A stretch of 64,000 bases of DNA from Lingula anatina. Its lineage: Eukaryota; Animalia; Brachiopoda. Of the stretch, positions 27,302-40,619 are shown piece after piece. A program made the position numbers and the translations under genes. A model generated the notes under the pieces. The model was not told where the DNA came from. It searched no databases and worked only from the letters and a program-made list of their open reading frames with translations. The DNA lies in NCBI GenBank assembly GCA_051362555.1, contig CM120642.1:12896001-12960000 (forward strand). Reading direction: 5' to 3'. The first letter of the stretch is position 1. Each line of letters begins with the position of its first letter.

Positions 27302-28680
27302 TGCAGTAAATGCGCACACGTGCGTCACTATAAGTTTCTTAATGAGCACGCCCTTAGCTACAGATAAACCCACCACAGGTGGATACATTGGCTTCATTAA
27401 ATGTTTGCTGTGGTCATACCACTGGAAGTCTTCCAGCATCGTTGCTTGCAGTCACTGGCAAATACTTCATGTTTGAAAGAACCAGTTTTGGAGATATCCC
27501 TTGCAAAAACTACATGCCACACTTATGAATTAGCGATTAATGCTCTTGTTTAAACTAATACACCCTTTTGGAAGGTGTCAAATATAAAGCTTTGCTGATA
27601 ATATGATGTTAAAACATTACTAAATAACTAGGCAATAATTTTGTTTTTCAGTTCTTCTGTTTTTCTGTTTTTTTAGTTTACATTCATGATTAGAACCGGT
27701 GTGATCAAGAACTGACGTAAATGAAACGTCAATATTCTGATGAGCTTGTTAATGATGAAAAAACACATTCGTGTGTTCATTATTACATCCAACCAACTGC
27801 TAAAATGTGCTCTGCACTTGTTCTATGTGAAAGCATGGCACTATATTATAAACAACTGCACAAAGTGATTTAATTTGCCCATCTAAGACGTGAAGTATAT
27901 GCACAAACGAACAAGAACTTCTTCCGCGTTTCGTTGCATTCACGAGTCTACTCGAGATAATAAATGCAGTCAATGCTCACACATGCGTCCCTTTCAGTTG
28001 TCTGAGCATGTCCCTAGCTGCATATATGCACCACAGATGTCGGGTGGATGTGTTGGCTTCATCAGTTTTTTTCATTTGGAGTATGCATGCCCTAGTGTAG
28101 ACGTTCAGTGTAGACGATGCACAAGTTGCTCTGCTATTTTTTTATATCTTTTACCTGCCTTTTAGGGCGTTGATTGCAAAAGAAAGGACAACAGTGTGAC
28201 TGTGTACTACTGGTACCGGTGCAGGTAAACATGATACATAAAAAGATCCAAAAGTATATATTTGAAGCAATATTGGTCAAGTCTTTTATCGACCTTGGCC
28301 AGGTAGAGAAGTGAGTTCTACTTACTGAATCACTTGTATAATATAGTGGTTCTATTCATCATCGGATATCTAATGACGAGGAAATGAAAAAGGAAAGGTC
28401 ATCATTCAATACCAGCGACAGTAATAAAAACAACGGCACTGAATAACTATCATCTTGAATTTAAATTCTGTTGATCAAAAATGTGCCTTTCGAGCGGCTA
28501 CTAATACAGTCATTATATATAAAGAACGGCATGATCCAGAAATGACGTAAATGAAACAAATGCGCCGCACACCATTATACCGATATGCTCTCTAATGATG
28601 AAAACACATTTGCGTGCTCCTTACTTGGTTCCGACTAATTGCTAAAATATTAACTGCATTTTCTCTTTGAAAAACCATAT
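27302..28680. repeat. Diverged two-copy tandem duplication upstream of the 7TM receptor
   Basis: 27302-27405 aligns by eye with 27965-28070 (TGCAGT.AATGC.CACAC.TGCGTC...GGTGGAT...TTGGCTTCAT), and 27702-27836 with 28532-28678 (TGATC.AGAA.TGACGTAAATGAAAC...TAATGATGAAAA..CACATT...TGCTAAAAT). Confidence 0.75.
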
Positions 28681-29685
28681 CATCCTGTACATGTTAATTC
28701 AGGTGCAGTTACAGGTTTAATTTGTCCACAAGGCTTTTGTTGTGAAACGAACAGAAAATCCGCCAGCACTGTTCTTCTTAGTTGCCCACAAAAAGTAACG
28801 GCACGCTGAATTCTATAAAAATGTTGTGTGTTTGTCCTTTTATAAATATAACAGGAAAGATGAGTGGAAGATTTTGTAACTACATTTATGCTGTGTAGCC
28901 TTAACAAAATTCGAGCCCTTATTCATAAGCAAAACAGACGAAAATCATTCGCACTTGAGGTTTGATATTTGATGTCATTCTTACTTCGCGCTTGATTAAT
29001 ATATTGTTGCTCTATGGAAAATAGCAGATTGGAATTTCGCGCAGAATCCTTTAAAAACGACAGAAAACAAAACAAATGCATTGGCCTCAATGTACTGGCA
29101 TTTGTTCACATTGTAACACGGTGAAGAGGTCAATCTTTTTAATTTGAAAAGGACGAGAGTTTCCCTTTCCCTACAATAAGAAACGTTTATCTCTTATGAG
29201 ACGAAAAAAAATATTTTAACCAGCAATGGCGACGCTTACTTGCATTGGCCTCCAGCCGTTGGGTTTTGGTGGTTGACATTATATTCACAAAGTGGCGACC
29301 TTTGAACCTCCACTGCACGACCGTGAAACTGAAGAGGTCGCCGTTGAAGGCTCAAAGGAGGCCACATGGTCGTCCAAGTCCTTCAAAGACTGCAGACAGA
29401 ATCTTTTTTTTGGCTTCGCCATTAAAACAATAGCCGCCGTAAATTATTTGAACACGTTCAAACACTCAAACCAAGGTTGCAGATGAGGTTGTTCGTCCAA
29501 GTGGCTCGAATACCTGTACAACACAAAGGGGACGGATATTTGTTCATCACCATGACGCCATCACCAAACTGGCCTCTTCATAGAGAGTATATAGAATGAG
29601 GCGGGGAGGTAAGACATCACCTCTTCAAAAAAAATGACATTGATTTTGTTTGAAAGGTATGTATATATTTATGTGACTCTTGCAA

Positions 29686-29717
<32 letters not shown>

Positions 29718-29731
29718 AACACACACACACA
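29686..29731. repeat. Compound microsatellite (CT)n-(CA)n
   Basis: Visible dinucleotide runs. Confidence 0.9.
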
Positions 29732-29843
29732 TATGCCATATAAATTCGGTTCACGTGAACAGCACGGTTGGAATATTAAATTCACTAGTTCCTTTGAGTT
29801 CAATCTTATAATATGAAACATGTTATATTCGATGCAGGTCTAA

Positions 29844-30026
29844 GAGCGCATTCACAACAGCAGACTATCAGTAGATCAGCAGATCAAACATGGCCGATGC
29901 ACTTGAATGCTTGTTGCGTAATTCCGGCGGGGAATCTATTCAGTGTCTAATCGGGAATTAAGTGAAAAGCTTAAATCTTTTATCTTTGATCCGTGGATCT
30001 GTTAGTCCGCTGTTCTGAATGTGCTC
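29844..30026. mobile_element. PIF/Harbinger (Tourist-like) MITE, 183 bp, TAA TSD
   Basis: Left TIR GAGCGCATTCACAACAGCAGACTA versus reverse complement of right end GAGCACATTCAGAACAGCGGACTA; TAA at 29841-29843 and 30027-30029. Confidence 0.82.
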
Positions 30027-30074
30027 TAAGATAATCCGTCTTACAGTACTTCAAAGACATGTATACAACAAGTT

Positions 30075-33000
30075 CTAGTCGTCAATGAGAATGTACACCA
30101 TCCAGTAGATGATGTTAAAAACGACAAATCCAACTGGAAATAAGATTCTCGAAATTCTGTCAATCTTGGCTGCCTTAAGTTTCAAAATAAGCTTAGGCTC
30201 GACACCGTCTTCTGACATGGTTCCGTTATTATGTGTCTCTTTTTCTGTATTTGTCGGTGACTGGAATAATAAAAAGCATGTATTGATTAACATTTTTGAG
30301 TCAATGCTCCACAATAACCATACGCTAAGTTTCACTGATGATAAAGCAATGTCTCGTGAGACGTAACAGTACAACCAGTGCAATTTGCATATACATATTT
30401 GTACCCGTATGAACATCTGAAAGTTGCTAACTTTAATATATACACCGCTAAGACAAACTGTTTTTAAAGTGAAAACTTTGCATGAATTCTTAATATGTAC
30501 TGTATGGTTGACGGCAGTTGGTCAAAGTTTGGCATAACGCAGAAAATGAGAGAAATACTGTATATGGTAGTTTATGGAGAGAACCATTAAATTGTTATAG
30601 AAAAAGTAGGCATTTTCTTGGAGATGTCTCTATTTCATTCAACATGTTAGATATATAGAGAAAGAAATGCTAGTGGGTCGAAAACTTTGTCTTCAGCTTT
30701 TGGTCAGCTATTTCAACATCTTTAAGTGTTACCAGCTACGCACCTGTCTCCTTATTGTGTACCGATGCTGCCGCCTCGTGTTGATATTGACAATGGCAAA
30801 TTCCAGCAGAGCCAGGAATACGAAAACGAGACATACTGCCATCCACACATCAATTGACTTAACGTATGACACCCTTGGTAATGTTGCCCGGATACTAAAA
30901 GGTTACAAAAAGGATTTTATTTTTAAAAACATTTTAAATTATTAAGTGCTATGCATTGTACTCAAATGATTGATGAGCACTTAACAAACGAAAGCACCAC
31001 ATCAGACACTGAAATATGTTTTACAGTGAACCTTGAATAATAAAACACCGTCACATATCGATTACAATAAAAAACTTAACTGACGCAATATATAGTAAAG
31101 GGCGGCATATTAGGAGAATAGATATCTAATTGTTGGTTGGTATTTGTTGTGTTAGAGGAGGATAACTGTAATACTAACTGTTATATGCATCCAGTACATG
31201 TAGAACTTATCTGCCTTAACTTGTTAAGGAGATCTAGTTATAAGATAAATATTTATCACAAACCTGTAGGTCTGTGTAGTAAGAGTGAGCACCGTAAGGA
31301 GACCAAGGGAGATTCTAGCGGGCACGGACTCGTAGCTGATCCAGAATGAGACCCAGGACAGCGTGACGATAAGCACACTGGGAAGGTACGTTTGAATGAT
31401 GTAAAAGTTGATGTCTCGCTTCAGAGAGAAATCGACTCGCAGACACGAAAATATCCCTGCGTAAAGAGTGCCATTAAAACGAATGAATAAATAATTACAA
31501 AATACGTGTTATCAAGAAACTGCTCTTTGATTATAAATCACCCACTTGTACAACATTCACACAAGTGTCTGGATGAAATGAATACGTTGAAACAGAATAC
31601 AAAAAGCCTTGGCAATTTCATCATGTTTTAGGAATGCGTTTACTGATATGTTTTTAAACAAATGTCCTATTGTAGTGACGGGTGTTTGTGTAACGAGTGC
31701 GGTTTGTAAAACATAACACTTTACAATAAAGGTGCAATTCTGATTTTATCTTAATTCCCGTACCTGCCTTGTATGTTTTGGTACAAGTGTCAAAATTGGT
31801 GTCCAGTAGAAAGAACTGCGGCAGTTTCAGTTCCTCGTCTTTATCAATCTGGCTGGCGGCCCAGTCAAATTGTATTCGGTCTTTGGTGTAAGCGACTGCA
31901 AAAAACGCAGTAGACATGAGAGGCATTATATATGAGGCACATAGGTTTTTATTTTGTCAAATTATCACCGAACCACAAAGTTATGGATAATTCCACCTCA
32001 AGATATAATGACCAATTAATATGAAACTCTTTAAGAAACAATGTATTTAGTTTGGCTTCTACTTACAGCTCTCCAAAATGAGGGAGCAGTTTTGAGAGTC
32101 AAGCGGAAACTTCCTAAGGTACATGGGGCAGTCTAACGTCAGTGTAACTCTGGAATTGGAAACAAATTTGTATGAATACGTCCTCGCTTTGTGCTGGTGG
32201 AATCTGAATACCCCGCTAAAATAATAATAATAATAATTAAATATTAAAAAGAAAGAAAAAAGAAAGAAAAACAATACAAAACACACAGTCAGACAAATTA
32301 TTTTAATTGGACTAAAATTTAGTAAGATGAATAGATCTGCAGACAAATAGGTCATGTAATAATGATCCAATACACGACAGGATGTGCTGGTAATAATATA
32401 ATCATTTACTAATAGTGCCAATATTTTTGTTTCACCTTGAACTAAAAAACACTGTCCCGTTTTCATCAATCCGAAGCAGATGGTTGGGTTGTGTTACATC
32501 ATGGTATTTGGCCGTCTTTTCGTTGCTAAAGAACACGTCAGGAATCCACACTGTCTCCATTGCTTTGCGAGGATCTATGGTCACCGACGAGGTATTGTAC
32601 AGGCGACCATTAAACTTCAGTCGGTTGTCCGTCCACTGCCGCCGAAGAAAGATGCTCATTGTGTAATCCTGCGAAATAAAAGTACATCTTGATAGATTAT
32701 TGTGTTCAAACTTATTCTCTCACCCCTCTCTCCCCATCCCATTCCCATTGTCCTTGTCAATGTTTAAAGGACACGAAAAGACATGGCTGAATTAAATACT
32801 ACAAAACTTGTATTCTGATGTCACGTCGTTATTATGACAGAAATGAGACTCATTTTTGCTACGGACCAACTGACCAAGTAGACGTAATGGTGTTGCAGAT
32901 TGGTAAAATTGTTATTCATTTATTATTATCGGTATCTGATTAATTAAGACATACTGCCGTCGTATGGTACCGCGCATTTCACCACTATCCTTCTTACCAT

Positions 33001-35722
33001 GCTGCCTACATAAAAGTGACATTAACATCTAACTGAAGTAGCTGCATGACTTATGGGGAGAATAACCAAAACGTGGTCATAATTAAATCAATCACGCACA
33101 TTCCTCATGCTGCTCTTTGACTAAATAACACTAATTAACTTTCGGTTCCTAAGAGACATGTATGGTAATTTACGATATCGCTCACATTCATCCCATACAA
33201 TGAGGTATTGCTTCAAAGCCCCAAACACCCATTGAAGTAGGATAAGGAATATCACAGGCTAATGTGCGCCATGTAGATGCACTAACAATGACCAGTCTTG
33301 CAGCCACTGGGTGGGTGCCTTTGCTGGACAAGATGGAATGCACCGTGCATCTGCACAACTCCTCTCACCTCCAAACTTACCATGGTGATTTCATTGATGG
33401 AATCAAAACTACTGACGAAGATCTCGACTGCCACCTTGACTGGCTCATCTGAAGAAAAAATCGGCGCCAATTTCATTAGATGGAATAAACAACATATTAA
33501 AATGAAATCAATGCAAAAAAATGTGTAATATTATATCTGATGACTTATTGTGTTTAATTTTCATATTTGTTTTGCATGAGACGAAAAATTTGTTTGATTA
33601 CCCGCCCTCTGTTGTTTTGATGGTGAACGGACGAAGGTGGTCAAATAATAAAAAATTCGACATTTTTTACCTCTATAGAAATCACTGTGAAATATAAAAT
33701 GTTGAGGGGGGCTGGTTCTAAATTTGAATAAATGATATAAAATATTGACATCTTCACCGGTACTTTGTTTTATCTCCACCGTACACATGTAAATAATGAA
33801 AGATGTGGTATCTGAATCAAAAAGCACTATTTTAAACGATTTACAGTCGTGGTGTAAATATTTGTTAACAAAAACATAGCACTGGAAGTGTGATAGCCCT
33901 TTGTGTAGACTTCTGTGCATTACCGTGAGTACATGCAGTTTTTGGCGCGGGAATTACAAAGGAAAAACACAGGCAATTCGAAATTCATATGTCACATACA
34001 TTAAATTGTATTTTTATGCGTTCAGGGCTTAGTTCCCATTGATTTGTACAGGTAAGGACCGTCTCAAACTTTGACCCACTTACGTCACGCTAACTCTAAC
34101 CTGTATAAATCTAACGGAGTGCAGGATCTGTTTCATGTCCTTTAATTCACTGTCTTTACAATTGGGCTTAAAAAATACTGCAAGCAAACTGAACCAACTA
34201 ATTAGCAGTGTATGCCAAGAAAATAAGACCGTCTTATACCACCCTATGCGTAAGTTAATCGAATTATTTGTTAAGATAAAGACATTATTTGTTCTGATGT
34301 AATCAAAGCTGCATGGTTAGACAGATACCCACCATCGTCAAAATTAGGCGGTAGATTACTGTCATATCTGGTAGAGTTCAAAAGCCACTTCAACAATTCT
34401 GATCTGTAAAAAAAAAAAAGAAAAAAAAGAAGCACGTTAAAGGTGTAGGTAATGCTGTTATCAAATTTGACATTAACAGCGAGCCAAATGTCTGCGGAAA
34501 AGTGGTAGGGCCTATTTGATAGGCACTAAATGTCATATTTACTGTTCCTGCTAAGCCATAGTGCGAATGCAATCCTGATTTTCACCTGAGGTTTAGCTCA
34601 AGCTATCATTAATGGGATTTTAAAACAAAATCCGCTTACATAAGATCGCGCGTCTTGCAAGGACCCTTTTTTTTTTGTCAACGTTTTAGATGATATGCTC
34701 GATTGGGGTACAGGTAAGGTAGATTCCACCTTTACATTAACTCGAGAGGAACGCGAACCGTCATGCTCTGGTTTATTTGAGGAATGAATCAGAGTGTGGT
34801 GGGTTTACATTCTGGTAGCAGATGTTCAGATGAAGTAAGCTCGCAAACCCTTGCACTCAGCATTGAAGGCAATGCCAAAGGTAACGGATCAATAAATCTT
34901 CGACATAACTATAAGAGAAAGACTCGTACAGTGGAAATTGATGTAAGATTTGTGATCGTAGAAAAACACATTTATATGTGTTTACATCGTGAGATCATAA
35001 AGATAAATTTTACCGCCCGCTCCTGTATGAGAACAAGTAGTATATCGGTCTTTCATTGCCCAGCTGGTACTAAACACCACACCGTATGTTGAATAAAATA
35101 AATGGCCGTATGTTCAAGAGGAACCCTTGCTGCTATTCTTTGCACCGACTGAGCCAAGATATACCGGCAAACATTAGCGAAAAAGTTGACTGGCATCTAC
35201 AGTATATATCAGTACAGAAATAACGCACGGATGGAAGGGAGGTTCATGCAGCTTTACCTGTATGTTCAAGCAACAGATTCGTGTTTGTGGACAATGGTGT
35301 TTTCAGCAGTTCGATTTCGGTGTTCGAAAATGCCATCACATACATGTACATGATGACAGTTGTTTATAAAATATTTTATTCGGTAAGAATAATCATATCA
35401 ATGCCTCATCAAAATTTGCCTTTAAATGTTTCAGATATACGTGGGAATAAGTGAGTGTAGAAAAAAGATCCATTTTATGAGATATCCCATCAGTTGCTTT
35501 TACATGAATAAGCACAATCAAGTACTAAGTACATTTTCTTGTAGATGCATACGGTGTCATTCAGCGGTAAAGGATTGGAGTAGTGAATGGCATCTATTAT
35601 AACAACCAGTACCGCACATTTAGTGTGACAGTATGTGACAGATGAGTACAGTTAAATAACAAGATTTAATGCCACTAATTAAACTGAAGCAGTTACCAAA
35701 GAATTTGAACAGTAATATAAGC

Positions 35723-35765
<43 letters not shown>

Positions 35766-38700
35766 GAAATATCTTAGAGCAGTCGACCACAGAATACAGG
35801 GGACTGAATTATGCTCTCCAGCACCGCTGATATAGCTTACAATTGTTGTTGTAATATTTATTTTCGGCAAACAACCCAACATTAGCATCATCTACCGGCT
35901 ATCAGAGAAAATATTTATGTAGTCAAATGTTCATAAGCACAACGAAGCTCTGTTTTTGCTCAAAAGTAAATAAGATAAAGTCCATGTGACTGAAATTTGT
36001 CATTTAATTATAACGAAAATAATAAGATACAAAGTTTCAAAATTGGTAGATAATCATACATCCCCCACACTATATAACTGCCATGATTAAAAAATAATAT
36101 AAAGTAGGTCAATGAGTGCAACCAAGATTAATTAAGAAAATATGTGAAACCACAACTGCTATTGGAGTAAAAAGTTAGCACAAATGAAAAATAAAAGCTG
36201 TTGTTCGACACGTAAAATGGAGAAATGGTTAGATATTCTTCAGTGCCTGTGTTAACATTATTGATTTACTCTGGATTAAAACTGATTTGCTGTTGGAGAT
36301 ATAACATAGCCATTTGCCTAATTAAGGTTTCCCGAAGTTTTAATGAAGTAATTCACTCAGGCGATGACACTGATGGAACTATTCCTTTCAAACTAGCACA
36401 TGGTTGTGTCAATTACATGCGCAGGTACAACAAAACTGTCATGTAAACTGATTAGCCCTTTTATCACGCGTTAAATGTGGATTTATAAATACATGGATTG
36501 TGCAATTAATTATTCTTTTGTAAAGAACGTATTGGTGTGCACCAGCGTTTAATATGTGAGCAGGACTCGAGTCGTCTTGCACCGTTCAAATCCAGGACTT
36601 GAGTCTGGATTCGTAAGATAAAGATAATTGAGGTCACGGCCAATTTCAAATGGTCAAGTGATATGGAACAGAGTTTTGTCTGGTTGTCGTCTACGCTTAT
36701 GTTTATATTGTAGTATATTTTTCTTGATTTCCCTTTTACTGAACTACAATCAAAGCTATAACCAAGAGAAAATTATTATTTCTTCTGCCGAGGAAAGTCG
36801 GCGCCTTTCTTCTCTCTGTAAGTAATGAAAATAACTTCCGACGGCTTGTGATAATGTTGTGTTTGCCAAAGCATACTTTATTTTTCAAAACAAATTTTTA
36901 TTTTCCGAAAAACACAAAGACTAATTTCAAATAAGCTACTTCTAGCAATGAGTGATTTCAATACCGGATTTTTCTGCTGAGTTTTCTTCGAGAAAATAAT
37001 TTTCTCCTACTCGCGAATCATTGCTCGACCCGCCCTTGTACTTCGATGTTTTATACCATTTGTAATTGAAGAACTTAGCTTTAAACAAACAATGATCTGT
37101 GTAGACCGCCAAACATATGGGTCTTTCTGATATTTCAGAATATTATATCGGCACCAGGTAGATTACTTAATCTGAGGCGTTTTTATCGTTTTTTAGATCT
37201 GAATTGGGAAAGAACGTAGCTTTGCAGGATATGAAAGCATAAAGATATGATATGACTATGGGGGATTTTCAAACACTAAGAATTCCTTTAAGGAAAATTG
37301 AAAACTGTTACCCATTATCATCAATCATATAATGCACTACTTTAATTGAAAAATACGAAGGTGATCTGTCTTTATTTGTCTGCACATGCTCTTAATACCC
37401 ACTGTGACTTGGAAAGGTAATCACTATAGATTTTATGATTATTCTCGAATGAGATCATATATTGATGAAATAACGCCTTGTCTCCCAGTACACTGCACAT
37501 TTGACAAAACCCAAGTAATAATTAATCCCACCTGTTCTTTGAAAAGGAACGTTTACGGTACAATGATTATCTTTTGTTTTGTTTAAATAATCGAAAAAAA
37601 TTTTTTGGATCAATATAACAAATGATTCATATTTACTCGCAAACTAATGTCGACATCAACAGTTCTTTACAAACAAAGGGTTATTACACTACGTTTTATT
37701 TAAAATTGCAGATTGGTTTGTCTTTAAAAAGGAATAAAATAGATGTCAATCAATGTCCTGTTTGATTAGCTATCTTGCACGTTTCGTGATTTCCTCCGTT
37801 CTATATTCTTAAACTCAAATAGCATTTTAATTAAAATGTATTAATCTTTTTGAATTTTAAGTGATTCTATGTGTTGGCTTCAATTATTAATAATGTGTAT
37901 TTTGTTCAAACCATACAAAGAGTTTCTGCTCTATAGGCGTCTCTACCATATTCCATACGTCAGTTAACGCGGTAACACCAGATTTGTCGTGGGGAAAATC
38001 TAGGATCCTTATTACTCCCTGTGGCCAAAATGCAACATTTATGGAAAGTGCTTTGTATGCTAAAGTGTATGTGTTGTCAAAAGACCCCACAATCCATAGA
38101 AAAGGGAGTTTGATATAGTGTTTTAACATAAGATAAGTGATGATATTTCTACCACCTTGGAAACCCTACTACAACAACAGGTTTGCTGTTAGGCAACTGA
38201 AACATAAATACACATCTTAATCCAATAAATAATTACTCACGTCATATATCATTTGCGAGTATGTGTGTACAATGTACAAGCACATTTGATAGTTCCTAGC
38301 GATAAAAATACAACCGCACATTGTTATACGTTTATACATCCAATGACTTCTAGGTCTGTGGGGTATAACTGTTAAAACTGTTATGACATACACATACCTA
38401 TATGAAAAGTGTTCTGTTTCGAAAGTTTCATAAGTGGTAATCCTTTGAACCATTTAAACAGTGTCTCTCACAAAGGAAAACAAAAGAAAAAGGAAATTAA
38501 ATACTCCCAACCTTGAAAGTCAACAGCCATCATACACGAGTACCACATTGCTTCTATTGGCATCCGACTATTATCGTTTACGGTGATAGCACGTTCTTTG
38601 TTTTCATTCATTCATTCATTCATTCATTTATTGTCATGGTTTACCGCGTAGATAAAAAACAATGATAAAACACCAGATCCTTCGAAATTCAATATACATT

Positions 38701-39654
38701 ATATACTGTTCAATGGTCCTATAATGTGTATTGTTTTAATAATTTCTGCCAGTTGTCTGAATTTTTCCGAGATTCTATTCTCGTAATCTTTTATTTCCAT
38801 GATATTTTTTCTTCTGTGTTACCAGTGCATTTAAAAAAGACATGTTTTATGTACTATTTCTTTTTTACCTGTTTGAAAAATGATTTTACTAACAGTTTCT
38901 TGTTTTTGCTTTTATTTTGCCTTGTATTTACTGTTACATCAAAAGAGGTCAGATTAACGTATGACCTATTCAGGTCAGAATATTATCAAAAAAATATAAC
39001 ATCATAATTTGTATAAAAAATGTTGTCATATCAGATATATGACAACAGAAAATCACACAATGAAAATGATTTTATACTTCAAAATCGAATATTCTAAGAT
39101 ATTATGAATTAAATTTGTTTTTAAAAGAAATGGACACTCAATATTTTATCCCATGGTGCTTCCCACTAAACTGCAAAGTATTACATTTGGGTTCACAAAA
39201 CCGACAACGAAGTGTGTTCAAAAGGACAAAGCGTTTATCAACAATCTCAACCATACCAACTTTAAAGACCACCTACAAATACAATTGAAAGATCTGTGAA
39301 CACATGAATTCTCTCAAATACAGCTTTTACACAAGCACTTTTATGTAGCTGTTTTCTAACTTGAGACAACATCAACTCACATGTCTTTAAGCTGAAATCA
39401 CAAATGCTTTTTTCTCTGAATCTAATAAATTATTTCCATCAATAGCCATACACACCTGCGATTGAGATAATCAGCAGACAAATCTGTATATATATTCTTA
39501 ATTGCAACAAGCTAAACAGAAAACAGAGGAAGTATTATACTGAAGCAAAGTATAATTATTAGGTACATTACCTTGCAGAGAGTGGATGTGCAGGTGGCAC
39601 TGCCAGAACACACACTAGTACCGCTGTGGTAATCCGATTTAATAAACATCTCAT
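30075..39654 (-). CDS. Cys-loop ligand-gated chloride channel subunit, glycine-receptor-alpha-like, ~399 aa, 9 coding exons
   Basis: Exons 39654-39572, 34403-34333, 33448-33381, 32668-32436, 32149-32067, 31895-31764, 31456-31264, 30894-30744, 30260-30075 (1200 nt, phases match). Signal peptide [21 protein letters not shown]; [11 protein letters not shown]; Cys loop [15 protein letters not shown]; second disulfide loop [12 protein letters not shown]; M2 [17 protein letters not shown]; [13 protein letters not shown]; M4 [21 protein letters not shown]. Confidence 0.95.
35725..35759. repeat. (TA)n microsatellite
   Basis: Visible run in the first coding intron of the chloride channel gene. Confidence 0.95.
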
Positions 39655-40619
39655 TTTCTCTTTTGTTCACCTGAAAAAATACAAAAGTGCCGAAAATATA
39701 TGGACATTACCTTGGATGGATTTCCATGGCGATGTCATCGGGCGGTAAGCATAAGAAGATCGCCACGAGATATAAAAAGTAGGTAGAAACGCCTAAAGAC
39801 GCTGAATCCATCCGCTGAAGTTTCATTTGCAGTGTGTGCTTATCATCGCCTGTCTACACGTGTTGATCAACTGCCGTATTGCCAATGTCAAAACCAACCG
39901 AGTACCTTGAAGCCAGTGAGTGAAGTGTAGCTACCGATCTGCATGCCACCGGCGGGAGGTGAAGATCTCAATTACAGCGCAATTTATCATATCTTATTGT
40001 ATTGTTCTAACACTTTAAAAGGAGGCTCTTTGTGGGTCATTGCACATTCTTCATTAAGCGCAGCTGGGTAATTCTAGAAGTAATTACTTGACATTTTGGG
40101 ACGGTGCCTGGGGCAAGCATTTTTTGTATGATTCAAATAATTATATATCGATACTCCTGTTAGGCCGATTAAAAAGCTTAATTATCCTCACTTGTTTGCC
40201 CAGATGCAGCAAGGTTCAACTATTTGTACAAAAAAAGGAGTGCATGAAAATGTTCTTTGCCCCCCCCCCCCTTCCCGAGTCTTTGCTAACTAGGATTAAG
40301 TTCGATATGACTGAATATATACATCAAGCTTGTTTCAAAGAAGCTAATTAATTGCTTCCTGTAATTTTGATGTTTACCCCCCCCCCCAAAAAAAAAAAAA
40401 ATGCACGTTTCTGTTTTGACCACAGTGCTTCAAAATGCCCAAATATGTTAGTATGGTCACTGTATTCAGTGGTAGAACACCTGCAGTATAGTACTGATAC
40501 GCTTAACTGATTCCAGACAGCTTCAGATTTTCGGATATCTCATCTGAACACAAATCGGGGCAAAAGTCTTGTATAATTCAGTTGTCCATAATCAATGCTT
40601 GTGGTCACTGGAATCAGAA

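Noticed and set aside
27731-27784. Hammerhead-ribozyme-like arrangement CTGATGA...GAAA + AACACA-TTCG-TGTGTT hairpin + C
   Set aside because: Stem II cannot form, two extra A residues separate GAA from stem III, stem I has a mismatch next to the core, and the duplicated copy at ~28580 lacks CTGATGA. At best a dead relic.
35816-35838. Partial RE1/REST-like CAGCACC in channel intron
   Set aside because: Right half-site GGACAG is absent.
40455-40490. tRNA A-box-like TTCAGTGGTAGAACAC
   Set aside because: No B box or cloverleaf follows.
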